Below are positions 12,266 through 24,320 of a stretch of 50,487 bases of DNA, in pieces (the stretch's first letter is position 1; the number at the start of each line of letters is the position of its first letter). The position numbers were made by a program, and so were the translations under genes. The DNA is from Bigelowiella natans CCMP2755 (Eukaryota; Protista; Cercozoa). The DNA lies in assembly GCA_000320545.1 (NCBI GenBank), contig ADNK01000013.1, positions 1 to 50,487 of the forward strand, written 5' to 3'. The notes beneath the pieces are model-generated. The model was not told the DNA's origin. It saw nothing but the letters and a program-made list of their open reading frames with translations, and ran no database searches.

Positions 12266-15069
12266 ATGGTGAAGGAAGTGAAGGAAGTACCTGCTCCGAC
12301 TTGAAAGCGCCCATCAAAGGAGGCATGGGACTTTGAATCGAGAATTTAGATAAATGCTGAAAGGCCAGCGTGTGATCGGTACCGAACAAAGAAGATGACG
12401 AAGTCAAACTAAAGTGTTTTTACTTTCAGTGAAAGGCGAAAGGGGGACAATATTGACAACAGGCGGATGCCTGAGGAGGAAGATTAAAATCAAGTAGAAA
12501 TTTCACTGAATGATCTTTATTGGTTGCAGCGACAAAGATTCATGTTTAAATAGGTTTGACAGTGGAGACAAGAAAATGGTGGAGAAAGACTCGATCGAGC
12601 TGATTGAACCTCGAAAGGACATGGCAGCAATTGAAGCAAGATTCGAGGAACTTAGAAATCGCAAAGTGCTAGTTTACTGGGTATTCCATTGAATTTTAGC
12701 CTGGTTGTTTCATTTTTATGCACGGAACAAATTATTCCTCTCCTGATCGTTCGAATCCCCCTTCACTACATGCTTTTTAGGCTGGCGACGAAGCATGGTA
12801 TCCGGCGAAGGTCGTTGAGCTCCTCTCTCAAAGTGGCGAATTCAAAATCGTTTACGACGACGGAGAGGATACACTGCATACTTACCTCGATTTTTCGGAT
12901 TATGAAATGGAGCCGAATGGAGTGGCATTAGTTTGGAAGCCCGAGAGACTGGAGAAAGAGCAGCAAGGGCAACATGAGCACATGAAAAATGATCAGGTAA
13001 CACCCATAGGTACAACCTTCGGGTCGATATTATAATTGCGATTGCGATATCTATAATTTTCAGGACAAGATGGACGTAGACGAGAGTGAGGATTCTGATG
13101 ACATCCCCATTGGGAAGATGCGATCATCTTCAAAAGCATTGCACAAAATGAGCAGTCGCAGCAATAGAATAAGCAGGAAGGAGAATATTGCTGGCAAAGA
13201 GGACAAACTGGTGGAAGCCACAAATCTAATTTAAAATGTGATGCATTTTTGTGAACTACAGTATTTCATTGGAACAAATGGTATAGCATTGAAATCACAC
13301 TAAAATCCAGGGCGGTGTCATGACTAAGCGAGACCGGAATACGGGCGTTCATCCGAAAGGGGGGAGATTTCGTAAAAACTATGATTCTTCGTCGTCTGTG
13401 TTGCTATCTTCAACCTCAAAGTTGAAAGCACAGCATGTCGTTAGCGGTGACGTAGACTCTAACGATGTCGACCAGCATCCGAAGCAGCTGAACAAAGAGG
13501 TAGATTCGTTGACTAAAATGCGGGAAGTGTATCACACAAAATAGAATAACAGGAGTACATATAAAGTAATAAATTTTGTCAATGATGCAGCTATAGGTGC
13601 TGTAGTGGCACAATTATTTCCACATTTTTCACAATCTCCCAGGCATTTGACATTTGGTCTATCTTCTATGTTGTCACAGAAAATTTTTAGTAACGACAAC
13701 GATGAAGATCTGAGTGACGATAACATCATTGACTTGACAAAAGATGAAGATAGTGACGATGTAGATTGCATTGCTAGTAATGATGAAGAAGAAGAGCCTA
13801 GCAGTCCAGAGCCGTCTCCTACCCCACCTTTAATCTCCCGTGAACAACTGAAAAAAGGGGTAACACATTGGGATCTGTATATGCTGAAATGTATGTGTGT
13901 ACTCTATATGTGTATATGTATGTGTATATGTGCGTACATGTGTATCTGTCATGCATGTATCTGTAGAAAGATGCATGTTTGTGTTAACTAATGTAATGTG
14001 TGATGAATTTTCAGACTAAGGTCGAAATTTGGTGGCATGGTGACAGACGTTGGTAGGTGACAAATATTGCAGTATCACATTCACAATACATTCGTAAGAA
14101 GTACGTACGATCTCGATGTGGTAGTCCAGAGTTTCATCTGATGTTCAAAAATCAGCGTGTCAGTGTTGCGTGTATTTCACGAAAGGTATGAAGGGGAAAT
14201 CATGCATAGCCCACACAAGGAGGAGGAGGAGGTAGAAGCATGAAAGCCAATGAAGATGAATTTTTGGGTTCGAATTTGTCGGATCTGACGGTGGTTGTGC
14301 GACATTGTTGTCGCAACACAGATCGTAGTGCACTACAAAGATGGATACATCGAGCGGGAAAGCATGCGAGACAGGAGGTGAGTGATTGATCGAAAACGTT
14401 GATTTTGATCACTGATTGTTCTCACCAATGCATTTCAGAGGTCGAATATGCATGCGACTGATGCCGAAGGAGAAGAGCATCGCAGTCAACCAAAAAAAGG
14501 ACAAGACAGAGGAGAAGATGGATGCACCCAAGAACATGATTGCAATCCACACAGAAACGTTCAAGCAGAAGGGGATCACTGTTGACCAAAAAAAGGACAA
14601 GCCAGAGGAGAAGATGGATGCATCCAAGGAGACAATCACAAATCACGCAGAAACGTTCAAGAAGAAGAACGCTGCGACTGGGGTGCAAAAAGGAAAAATG
14701 AGAATGGGGAAATTCAACGATGCTTCGAAACAAACAAAAATTCCAAGAAAAAGATTGAAAATCCCAAAAAAGGCTGGTGCAATGAAAAAAATGAGAACAA
14801 TCACTTCAAAACGCAACGTTTCAGACAAAGCCCAAGCGAGTCATGTCCGGAGTTTCTCGAATGGAAAGTCTCCAAAATCACAACCAATGAATTTCAAACG
14901 ATCCAGCAGTGGAAGGAACTTTGCAAAGTGCAGCAATTTGGAAACCAGAAAAAAAGTGAAATCAAGGTTCAGAATTCGGAGCAAAGCGCTGGCACCCTGG
15001 GTTGCGGTGAAGCTGCCAGAAAATCCTTTTGCTCCCCCAATGGATCCTCGTCCGTGGAGGCTGAAGTGA
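12266..15069 (+). CDS. Protein with two Tudor-like domains, acidic linker and basic repetitive C-terminus (probably chromatin-associated); start uncertain
   Basis: Spliced RKVLVYW|AGDEAWYPAKVVELLSQSGEFKIVYDDGED and TKVEIWWHGDRRW|YEGEI..IVVHYKDGYIE match the Tudor aromatic-cage pattern (W..D..WY.G.V...YDDG). Last exon ~14439-15069 ends in TGA. Confidence 0.7.
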
Positions 15070-16039
15070 TGCAAAAACGGAGCATTTGTGCACTGGCAAT
15101 GCATTGTGTGCTTCACACGATCGAAGTTTCGTCATGTCAGAAACAGGCCAAATTGAAATGAACAGACTCATTGATTGTCCCTGACCAGAGACTGGAGATG
15201 CTGGCATGCATGAAGTGCGCACTGCCAGACTGTTGCCTTCACTGGAGTGTTTTGTTGTGCATCATCACTCTGCCCATGCACACACGCAGAGACTGCTAGA
15301 CTGGCACACGTGAGCAGCATCAATGCCAGAACATGGCCTCCATCGTCATGAAAACACCTCCAGACCTCCATGCGATGCACATTCTGGTGTTTGCTGCAGT
15401 CTGGCAGTGCTGAATGAGTGGTCCAGCTGTCAGCCAGTCTGCAGTGTCTGACAAGCTGGCAAGTGCGATGCTGCACCATCCAGCCATGCCAGCATGCGCA
15501 TGGTGCGAAGGTTCAAAAATTGAACTCAATGATGGCACTGCTCTGGTGCTGTGAGAACGCAGCTTCATGGGCGCACGTGCAATGCTGGAATGCGTGTGCA
15601 GTCGCTGCGAGCCGCACCTGACTGCACGACGCACTTTGCACGCCTCTGCTGCACACACAACAAAGCAAGCACATCTGGGCCTCACGTGCAGCGCTTGAAG
15701 ATGCTCAGCAAAGTTTGAAATCATCATTGCACTTGATCGTCATCAAGCATCATGGCAAGCTAGCAAGTCTCCATGCACGCACAGACACGACTGTGCAATC
15801 CATGCAACAGACACAACAAAGTGTGCAATTCATCATTCTGGCACAGGCCATCAGTGCATGCCAGCATGCTGTGTCCGGCAGTTTGTGTGGCTGATCGTCC
15901 TGAACATTTTCAGTGAGAATTGAAGCAACGTGCATGACAGGGTGTAGTTGCTGTGCTTCACCATGATCAAGTGCATGGAGCAGGTGAGCACCAATTTGTT
16001 GATGCACGTCGTTTTTTGTCGGTGATTTGCAACGACTGG
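14449..16039. other. TpA-depleted tract A
   Basis: 3 TpA in 1591 nt by manual count; none in 14449-15296. Confidence 0.9.
14467..14658 (+). repeat. Two tandem 96-nt (32-aa) coding repeats
   Basis: KEKSIAVNQKKDKTEEKMDAPKNMIAIHTETF / KQKGITVDQKKDKPEEKMDASKETITNHAETF. Confidence 0.9.
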
Positions 16040-16210
16040 TAGACTGAGGGCACGCCTGCACGCGCGTAGAAGCTGTTTAGCTTCTGACGGGTCACATTAG
16101 ATCATCATGACGCTCGCGTGTACTTTCCTACACCAAAAATCTGCCTCTAACCCTACATTCTTGCAACGCCAGATAGATTCAACACGGTCACAAAAATGAC
16201 TGCTGGTCCC

Positions 16211-17548
16211 ATGATGAAAACTACGAAGAATATCAACGAGGTCGGAATCTCGAAAGATATGCACTTGCAGTTCGTTCCTCGCTCCTAATGGTTTATTTAT
16301 TTAAAATATGACAATGAATAGAATCCCGTTTTTCAAATTTCCTAAGCTTTCTTACAAGAATTTGGTAGCCGGTGCAAATGATGCCATTATTTAGTTCTGA
16401 GCTCCGAATCAAGATATTTTGCTGTTTAATCATGGTTAGACATCATGAATATGTAGCTCAAGTGACGTATATGACATATGGTTGATGTCGGTTTCGCGAT
16501 ATTGTCTGATCATACTTCATTGGGGGGTTTGTGATGATGGACACGCGAGTGCAACTGCGCAACAGATGTTCGTACTTTTATTCGGCGGAGTATGCTTTCG
16601 TTACTTCCACAGTCCGGGAATGGCAGACTAATTTTGCAGCACATTTTATTATCCGCAAGTTACTATTGTCATTTAAGACCACATTTCTTACCATGAAAGA
16701 GGAATACTCAAGAGCAGCGACATTGGAACCCACGCGGGGCATGCTGCTGCAGAGCCACAGGTAGCTTCCAACGTACAAACAGCAACACCTCGTTGAACCA
16801 CTTGCAATTTCACCTTCGGGTAGACAGTATTCAGCATATATTATTTAGCTGCAAAAGATGCAAAGGATTTTCAAGAATTATGATGACCGTGTGGAGATAT
16901 TGTAAAACAGCGCTGAATCGACCTGCAGTGATTTCTTTTACGTCTAGCAAGACGAGGGTGAGATGACGATTCCAACAACACAAAGTAGACCTTCATAATA
17001 TGATTGTACCTGAAGTGTATATTGTGAATCCCATCGACTTCAGCATGCCCGGCAGCATGTTCATTAGGAATACGTGATCACAACTAAAGCGCCTACGGCA
17101 GAGGTAAAATCCAGCGTCAATGAACACACAGAACTTGGCCGTGTGACGATTATAATACCAAATCATCTTCGACCGGTGAAACTCTCGTATTCCTAATAGC
17201 AACACAATTCGATTAATCTTTTGAAGGGAAGGTGTTCTTGCTCCTGCAAACCTGGAATCCATTGAGCGGGTTGCCACCGTGCAAGTCCTCTCCCCTGCCA
17301 TTTCGAAATGTAGAACACCATCACTACTTGTGAATACCGTCAATCGAGAGGATTTTCGACGCCTTTCCAAGGAAACACAGAAAGCGAGTGCGTCCTTGGC
17401 CGCTCTGGTCGCTCCTGACCAACAATCGCAAAGAGATGGGGGAGGAGACAGTTCGACGTCGATCAGTTCTATCCTCATTTCCGAGGAAAATCGGAATGGT
17501 TTTCTTGTCGCAGGTCGAAAATCCAATATGTTTCACAGTAATAGTTGA
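16211..17548 (+). CDS. Putative multi-exon hypothetical gene; structure unresolved
   Basis: Several exon-like segments with GT/AG borders (e.g. LQKMQRIFKNYDDRVEI; EGVLAPANLESIERVATVQ) and a terminal ORF ending at 17548; no recognisable domain. Confidence 0.3.
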
Positions 17549-17677
17549 TCGATCTGCACACTTTTCTAGGAGAGAAAGGACCTGTACGACGAACTCTTTC
17601 TCAGCAAAGACACACGCACACACACACACGCACACACGGAGAGAGAGAGAGAGAGAGAGGGGAGCACATCCGTGGCC

Positions 17678-18970
17678 ATGATTCTCTTCATGGCAGTCCT
17701 CGTCCATGCTCAACTTGAAGAAGGTTCGAATGTTAACATCTTGACATGTGAACGATGCTATTGCTGCTGCCCATACGTCTGCCTGAAATTGCTCGGAAGA
17801 CAGAAGGTGTTCATTGTAAGTTGCACGTGTCAGTAGTGGTTCCAACAGCGAGGCTAGCCAATGGTCTGCAATATCCTCTTCTGGGGCTCGGATGTGCCAG
17901 GTATCGCAGATAATATGAAACCATGCTAATTATTTCTACAGGTTGATGATATGATGGTTAGATATCTCACCATACATCACAACGGGAGAGGCACTAAAAA
18001 CCTGGTTGTTATTGACTTTGTGTGTGCTGACTTGTACTTGTGTGCGATGTGCACCACCTCCATCCTTTCGTCGAAGTGGTGTCCGTGGAAAGCATGTCTC
18101 GAAGGCTCTTCAGTTAGGGTATCGATTGCTGGACACGGCCCAGGCGTTCCGATGGGGCTACACTGAGGATGAGGTCATGACGGTATATTAGAACAAGGAA
18201 CAAGAGCGAGAAGTAGTAGTAGTAGTAGTAGTAGTCGTCGTCGTCGTTGTTATTCTTCTTCTTGTTGTTGTTGTAGCTCATTGAGCGCCATGCACAACCA
18301 ATATATCTAAAAAGTGAGCGTACGAACACACAAATGCACAACGGAGGATGGAAAGGGGGTGCTTGGAGGTACAAAAGAGATTTAAGGGAGAAAGAGAACC
18401 CCTTGGCGGCGCTCCCACATCTCCAACGAAAGCATATTAGGAATACTGCAGCTTGAAATTTGCGTCGTAATCATCGCAGGTCGGATTGGCTGTGAAGGAA
18501 TCCAGGGTGCCGCGCTCTAAGATTTGGATACAAACAAAGCTCGATCCGCAGTTTTTAGGGACATCAAACACCAACGAAGCCATTCACATGTCCATGAAAA
18601 ACCTCCAGGTTCTACCAACTGTTTTCTTCAAGAGTAGGATGATGAAAGGAAAAAGAAATCGTGTTTTCTGCTTTTGCTGCAGCTTGTGCATGTACCATGA
18701 CCGTTTGCTGTTATGTTGCTTTTATGCGTTCTCTTTTATTTTAGGTGGATTATATTGACTCTATGATAATCCACTTCCCTGTGTGCCACAATTGCCCACA
18801 GGTAATATTCGTATCAAATGCAACTCACGAACACTGCACGTATTATTACAGCTTGCTATGCACTCCTGATTAATGTCCCTAACCGTCTCTCTCTCTCTCT
18901 CTCTCTCTCCCCCCCCCCCCCTCTATCTCCCTTTTTCTCAGAAGGTTCAGGGCACATGGGAGGTACCTAA

Positions 18971-19012
<42 letters not shown>

Positions 19013-19037
19013 ATGTAGTGAGATAGAGACGGAGAGG

Positions 19038-19074
<37 letters not shown>

Positions 19075-21193
19075 TGAACGCTACATGCCAGACAAATCTA
19101 AGGGTGCTCTTTGAAAGGACCATCCTCAACATTACCATAATTTATTATGAAATAATCAGGATTCATGGCGTGTTTTGGAAGAATTTTACAGCAAAGGAAT
19201 CATCAAGGCGATCGGGGTAGTAGTGGAGATAGATCATACCATAAAGAGGGAATAATAAGACCCTCCTCTTCTTCCCAGGGCTGGCACACAGCTCCTCTAC
19301 ATCCATCCTGCGATATATGTCCTTCAGCTTTTCGTCTTCTATCGCAGAGAAAACCATCTGTGTTTTGATGAAAATGATCTCTCAATTTGGATTTTTTTTG
19401 TTTATCTTGCGGTTGCTAGCTATAACCACGTTGTGGTGTGGCTTGACGATGCTCACACGTCCGTCCACTCATGCGTCAGGTTTCCAATTTTGACCTTCCA
19501 CTCCTTCAGAGGCTGTATAAAATGGTAGGTGATTCACATAGTCACCTAGGAAAGAAGTCAGATGGATATATACCGGGCACATCATTCTCTGGTTCAGCGA
19601 TGATCCTCGTCGCGAATGATGTGGCACTAGAAAGAATTACATCGATCTTTTTTCTTAAAAGCACTAGCGAGTATATCGACCTTTATTTCTCAGGCACTAG
19701 CGCCACCACCATACACAATATTTATCACCGAAATCATCATGTCCCAGCATCAACATCCACCATCATCGTCGTCTCCTTCAAACTCAATGAATGCTGTACC
19801 CATTACATACATGGATCAAAGTGACATGTGGGATTTGCCGGAAAAGGAAAACACATTAATTGAATTATAGCCCTTGATTGAAGCGCAACATGCATGCTAC
19901 GTTGTTACTCGCCCTTAGAGCAGGAAAACATTCATTGTGTGTGTGTAATCTCTCAGGCGAGTATAAAGCCCATGATCCTGCAAAACTGGATGGATCCTTT
20001 CCATCAGGTTGGATGGGGAACGGGAAGATTAAAAAAGATGTCTCTGATTGGTTTTGTGCTGCTGCCGTCTTAAAAAAAGAATCATGTTATTTTTATCGTC
20101 ACCGACGACATCGTTGTAAGCGCTCATATGCTGTCGTTCATTGTATTCAAGGATACAGAAATCCGTCGTTGGTGCAAGGAGCACCAACTAATTTATCAGG
20201 TCGTCGTTTCCTTCATTTTCGTTTTTTATCTTAATAAGACGACCTGCACACTGCATTCTGCGTGTATTCATCCTTTCCTTGAATGGTTCGGTTTGTGTTG
20301 TAGCAGGGAGAGCTGTAGCTGTGGCTAAGATACTAGCAGCTAATATTCCTTTCTTTCTTCTGTGCAGGCATACAGTCAGTTCGGTACCCAATGGCGACAT
20401 ATGGTGAGGGCAGTTAACCCAATTCTATATATAGTTCTTCGTGTTTTCTTTTCCAAATAGTATAATAAAAGAGTCAGCCAAATTTCCACAACGACAGAGA
20501 GACGGAATAGATCAGCTACCGGTGCTCACCAACCCAGTTCTTGCCAGAATTGCAGCGAAGCGCGGCGTCTCCGCCTTCCAAAGTAATTCATATGAAGGAG
20601 TTATCTATTGACTACATAATCGCATGACACATGTGGCAAATAGTGTTTACTTTCGTATCATTATCGTCACTTTGTTATTCTTCTGATAATGTCTTTGATT
20701 TGACTGTTAGTCGTGGTTAGATGGGCCATCGAAGATGGGGTTGGGGTGATACCTGCTTCGACAAAAGCCCACCACCAGCAAGTAAGAGGCGATTAGGCAC
20801 TCATTTAAGAGCAATAGTGAGAGGGGGCAAAACATCTGAGTTCAGTCTCACACATTTTCTTCTATAAAATAAATCTCAAATCCAAAGGACGATATTGAAT
20901 ATGCGCTTTCCGTTAATCTATCAGTCGAATTTAGACGCTTTATCATTGAGATTGAGTGAAGAAGATATGGCGGAAATCAGAACTCTGAATGGGTATCAAG
21001 AGGATTTTTAGTTTGGAGAGGGATACTTATTGTTCTTCTCGTACGGCTGAGATATTGCGCATGTATGCATACAGACAAAAACGTAACCATAATCACTTAA
21101 ACACAATGCACGTAAAAAGCACGGACAAACGTCTACAGACTTACATATTTATAATATATATTTTATTATTATATACAAATATTCATTATACTT

Positions 21194-21230
<37 letters not shown>

Positions 21231-21959
21231 AATAACTAAAAAAATATAGGGTAAGTCTATAGACTCTTGTGTGCATGTGTGTGTGGACAAAATGAACGAG
21301 ATTGAGATGGCCACGCACACCAGGTTACAACCGGGAAGGGAGAAAGATACGTCACGCATAGAGCTTGCGATCAGGTAATTCAACTTGATTACTTACACAC
21401 AAGCTTCCCAACCAAACACGCGTGTACTTAATGTACGTGTAATACTTTCCTATCAGCTTCATGTGCATGCAATACTTTCCAATGAGTTTCATGTGCATTA
21501 CTTTACCAAAAGTACAGCGTAATCTGAAGATCTCTGAAACACATAGAAATAAAAGTGGAGACAAGGCATTGCTATTTTGGGTTGGACCGGAAGAAATCGT
21601 GCCGCAAGGGGTAGAATAGCCGCACCAAATTGAATTCAAGGAGTATATCAGGCCAACATTTTCCCATCATAATTCTAGGAGCTGGATGCCTCATCGGTTC
21701 AACACATTCACACGTACGCCGGCCACGTCTTCGAGGCAAAGTTAGTCTGATATGATGAGCCCTTTCGGAAGATGCATGCTCCTGCACATGAGCCTTCATC
21801 ATACCTTTGGCCTCTAATTGTATTTTGTATTTTGTTCCATTCAGATTTGTAGGCAGTAGCCGAACAGTCATGAGATTTCGCGTCTCTCCGGAGCCACAGC
21901 ATCAAGAGTTTTTGATTGATGAAGTCACGATGGAGGAATCCAGGAAGGATGAACTGTGA
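17678..21959 (+). CDS. Aldo/keto reductase with signal peptide, C-terminal VHL-beta-like domain and KDEL ER-retention signal
   Basis: Spliced MILFMAVLVHA-QLEE, ARLANGLQYPLLGLG, GYRLLDTAQAFRWGY, IWIQTKL, DYIDSMIIHFP, GIIKAIG|VSNF, QAYSQFG, VRWAIEDGVGVIPAST. Then RNKSGDKALLFWVG..HIHTYAGHVFEA and ..EESRKDEL-TGA. Confidence 0.88.
21441..21500. repeat. Two imperfect 30-nt direct repeats in an AKR intron
   Basis: aatactttcctatcagcttcatgtgcatgc / aatactttccaatgagtttcatgtgcatta. Confidence 0.8.
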
Positions 21960-22180
21960 TGATCGACGATTGCTGGTGGTACATGAAATTGACGAGAAAG
22001 TAGAGATTATGATGAAAAGACATGTGGTGAACATCGACAACTCTGGAAGTGATTCAAGTTGCGTTTGCAATGCCGGATGGATATGTGTAGCATTGGCATA
22101 TCTGCACAGTATCAAAGTGCACAGTGCATTTGGAATGTTCTTTGTGGCGAATAGCGAATTCGTCAGCAATTAGACTAGTA

Positions 22181-22936
22181 GACGAAGCCATGTTCATTTC
22201 AGACGCATCTTTGATTTGTCCAGTTGCGCACATTCGTGAATGTGTGTGGTGTGCACCACACATGTCACTGCTAGACTGGCTGCCATGTCAGGGACTGATC
22301 AGACTGATGCACGTCTAGACGTGCTCGTTCTAGCGTTGTTGTGAATCATTGGCAAATTCCAAGCCACACATCGATCAGCGATTGCATTGGCACCGATTTG
22401 TGCGAGCCAGCGAGCTAGCACACGTCCACATCTAGACACGTGACATCCATCCACAGTTTCAAAACGATGCAAAACATGCCAGCGTTGCGTTGCACCTGCG
22501 CAGGCCTTCCACTTCGGAAGCAAGGATGATGGACACAGTGACACAATGTGCGTGTGATGCACAGTGATGCAACAAGGATTTCTTTCCGTGTTTCATTAGC
22601 TGGCATTCATGAGTAGCTAGGCATTGGAAAACTGCTTTCAATGCTGTGGCTGGCGGGCAACACAGTGGGATTGTTCCAGATTTTGACATTTTTGCAGGGA
22701 CACGGGCTCGCCATTCCCCAAACAGCATCGTTTTGCCAGCGCAATGCTTCTGGCCTTGTTTGCCTTCGTGCTTCCTCCTCAAGATGCAAAATTCAAGATT
22801 CGTGTTCGTTTTGGCATTCCAACAATGTGAGGCGTGCACAAGCGTGCTGCAGCTGACAATTTGGGCACGCCTCAAGAAAGAAAGAAAGAAAGAAAGTGAT
22901 TTCGTTGGAGCGGTTGAATCATGGGCAGAGCTTCCT
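22181..22936. other. TpA-depleted tract B
   Basis: 8 TpA in 756 nt, all TAG, 6 of them CTAG. Confidence 0.85.
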
Positions 22937-23130
22937 TAAGAACTTCGAAACCAGGATGGCTAACTGCAAATTGTGCTTGTCGCAGGAAGAAAATCGCAAT
23001 TTTTTTACATATTAACCGTTTTTCTCGGTATTACCGGTAAAGCCGGGAATGGGAATTTGAATTCAAACAGGCCCCCCTCCAGACTACCAAAATAAACCGA
23101 ATGATTAGTCTGAGAAGGGGTGAAGGATAG

Positions 23131-24320
23131 ATGCTCACGGCTGAGATAGCATCGATCATCCTGATGTTGGGGGCCTATTCTGGAAATGGGCAGGAGCACG
23201 AATTTGGAGCAGTGGTACATGTTTTGTAGTTCTAGTAAATTGGTTCCGTGATTGGGCTAATGTTTTTCCTTGCTCTCCAGCCCCCGGCCCCGCTGATTTG
23301 GAAAACTGATAAGCTTCCCATAAAACACGTGAAGAAAATTCCTTACGAAGGTAGAGCTTTGGTATAATGATATGTTGCAGTTTTATTCTGGTTTGAGTTG
23401 CATATTGAGACGTTCTTAAATTGCCAGGGCTTCCTGAGCAATCGGCGCTTGCTAGAAAAATCCTCATGGTTAGAGGCAGAATTGGAGGATTCCATGATGG
23501 ACTATTGTAATTCTTATACGCATTATATCAGCAAGATTAGAAAGAAATTTCACTTTTTGTGTGTGCGTCGTGCACAGGTACCCATTCGGGCGAGTAAATT
23601 TTAGTCCTTTCAGCACGGTCCCAGGTTATCGTCAGCATGAGTGTTGCAACAAAAGACTCATTAAACAGAATTGAGAAAATTTCGTCTTTATACGCAGGAT
23701 CTCGACTTGCGATTCATGACGAGCCTTATGCCAATAAGCTCACAGGAGTTACAAGAAAGAGAGCGACAAGGAAACCCATAATTGAAAACGGTCCGTGGTC
23801 ACACAATGTGCTACTAAGTTTTTAACTTTTATGCCTCACATAAAACGATACATACTTAGGAGTCAATGGTCAAAATTTGACGGCACCAACGCAAGCTGGC
23901 CTCCCACCCAATTTCATGCCTCCTACCTATTTCCCACGTAAGACTCATTCGATAACAGCTCAATTTTCCCCACACGAAGACTATTTTATACCCCCCATTG
24001 TGACAGGGAAGCTTGAAATATAATGATTTCTGTCTATAATCGAAGTTGGGGAGAGAATGATATTCAGATACCTTATTATGTGATCAGTTCCAAAAGAACT
24101 TGCGGCAAATATAAGCGACAAACCTCATACCCCCGAGCCAAAAGAGCTCACGAAGGAAGAAGAAAAAGACCTTGCAACGTATGCTAATCTTACCGGTAAG
24201 GCTCGATCAGCGAGGGAAGCACTGAGTACTCCTCAGGATAACGACGTATATTCAGGGATAATTTATCCCGAATACGTTAACATCACAGCCCCGCCCACCT
24301 CAGGCGGTATGTTCGGCTGA
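23131..24320 (+). CDS. Multi-exon protein with a signal-peptide-like N-terminus; possibly a highly divergent uL5/RPL11-like protein
   Basis: MLTAEIASIILMLGAYSG leader; exon VIVSMSVATKDSLNRIEKISSLYAG..YANKLTGVTR..NG..NVL; last exon ends TSGGMFG-TGA. The gene is likely; the identity is weak. Confidence 0.45.

Noticed and set aside
14449-16039. Classical RIP or CpG-methylation decay as the cause of TG/CA excess
   Set aside because: RIP raises TpA and CpG decay removes CpG; here TpA is absent and CpG is common.
15168-16061. Overlapping His/Cys/Met-rich ORFs in several frames (also 22299-22939 and 28860-29960)
   Set aside because: They are a by-product of TpA loss, which removes TAA/TAG stops; no domain or exon structure.
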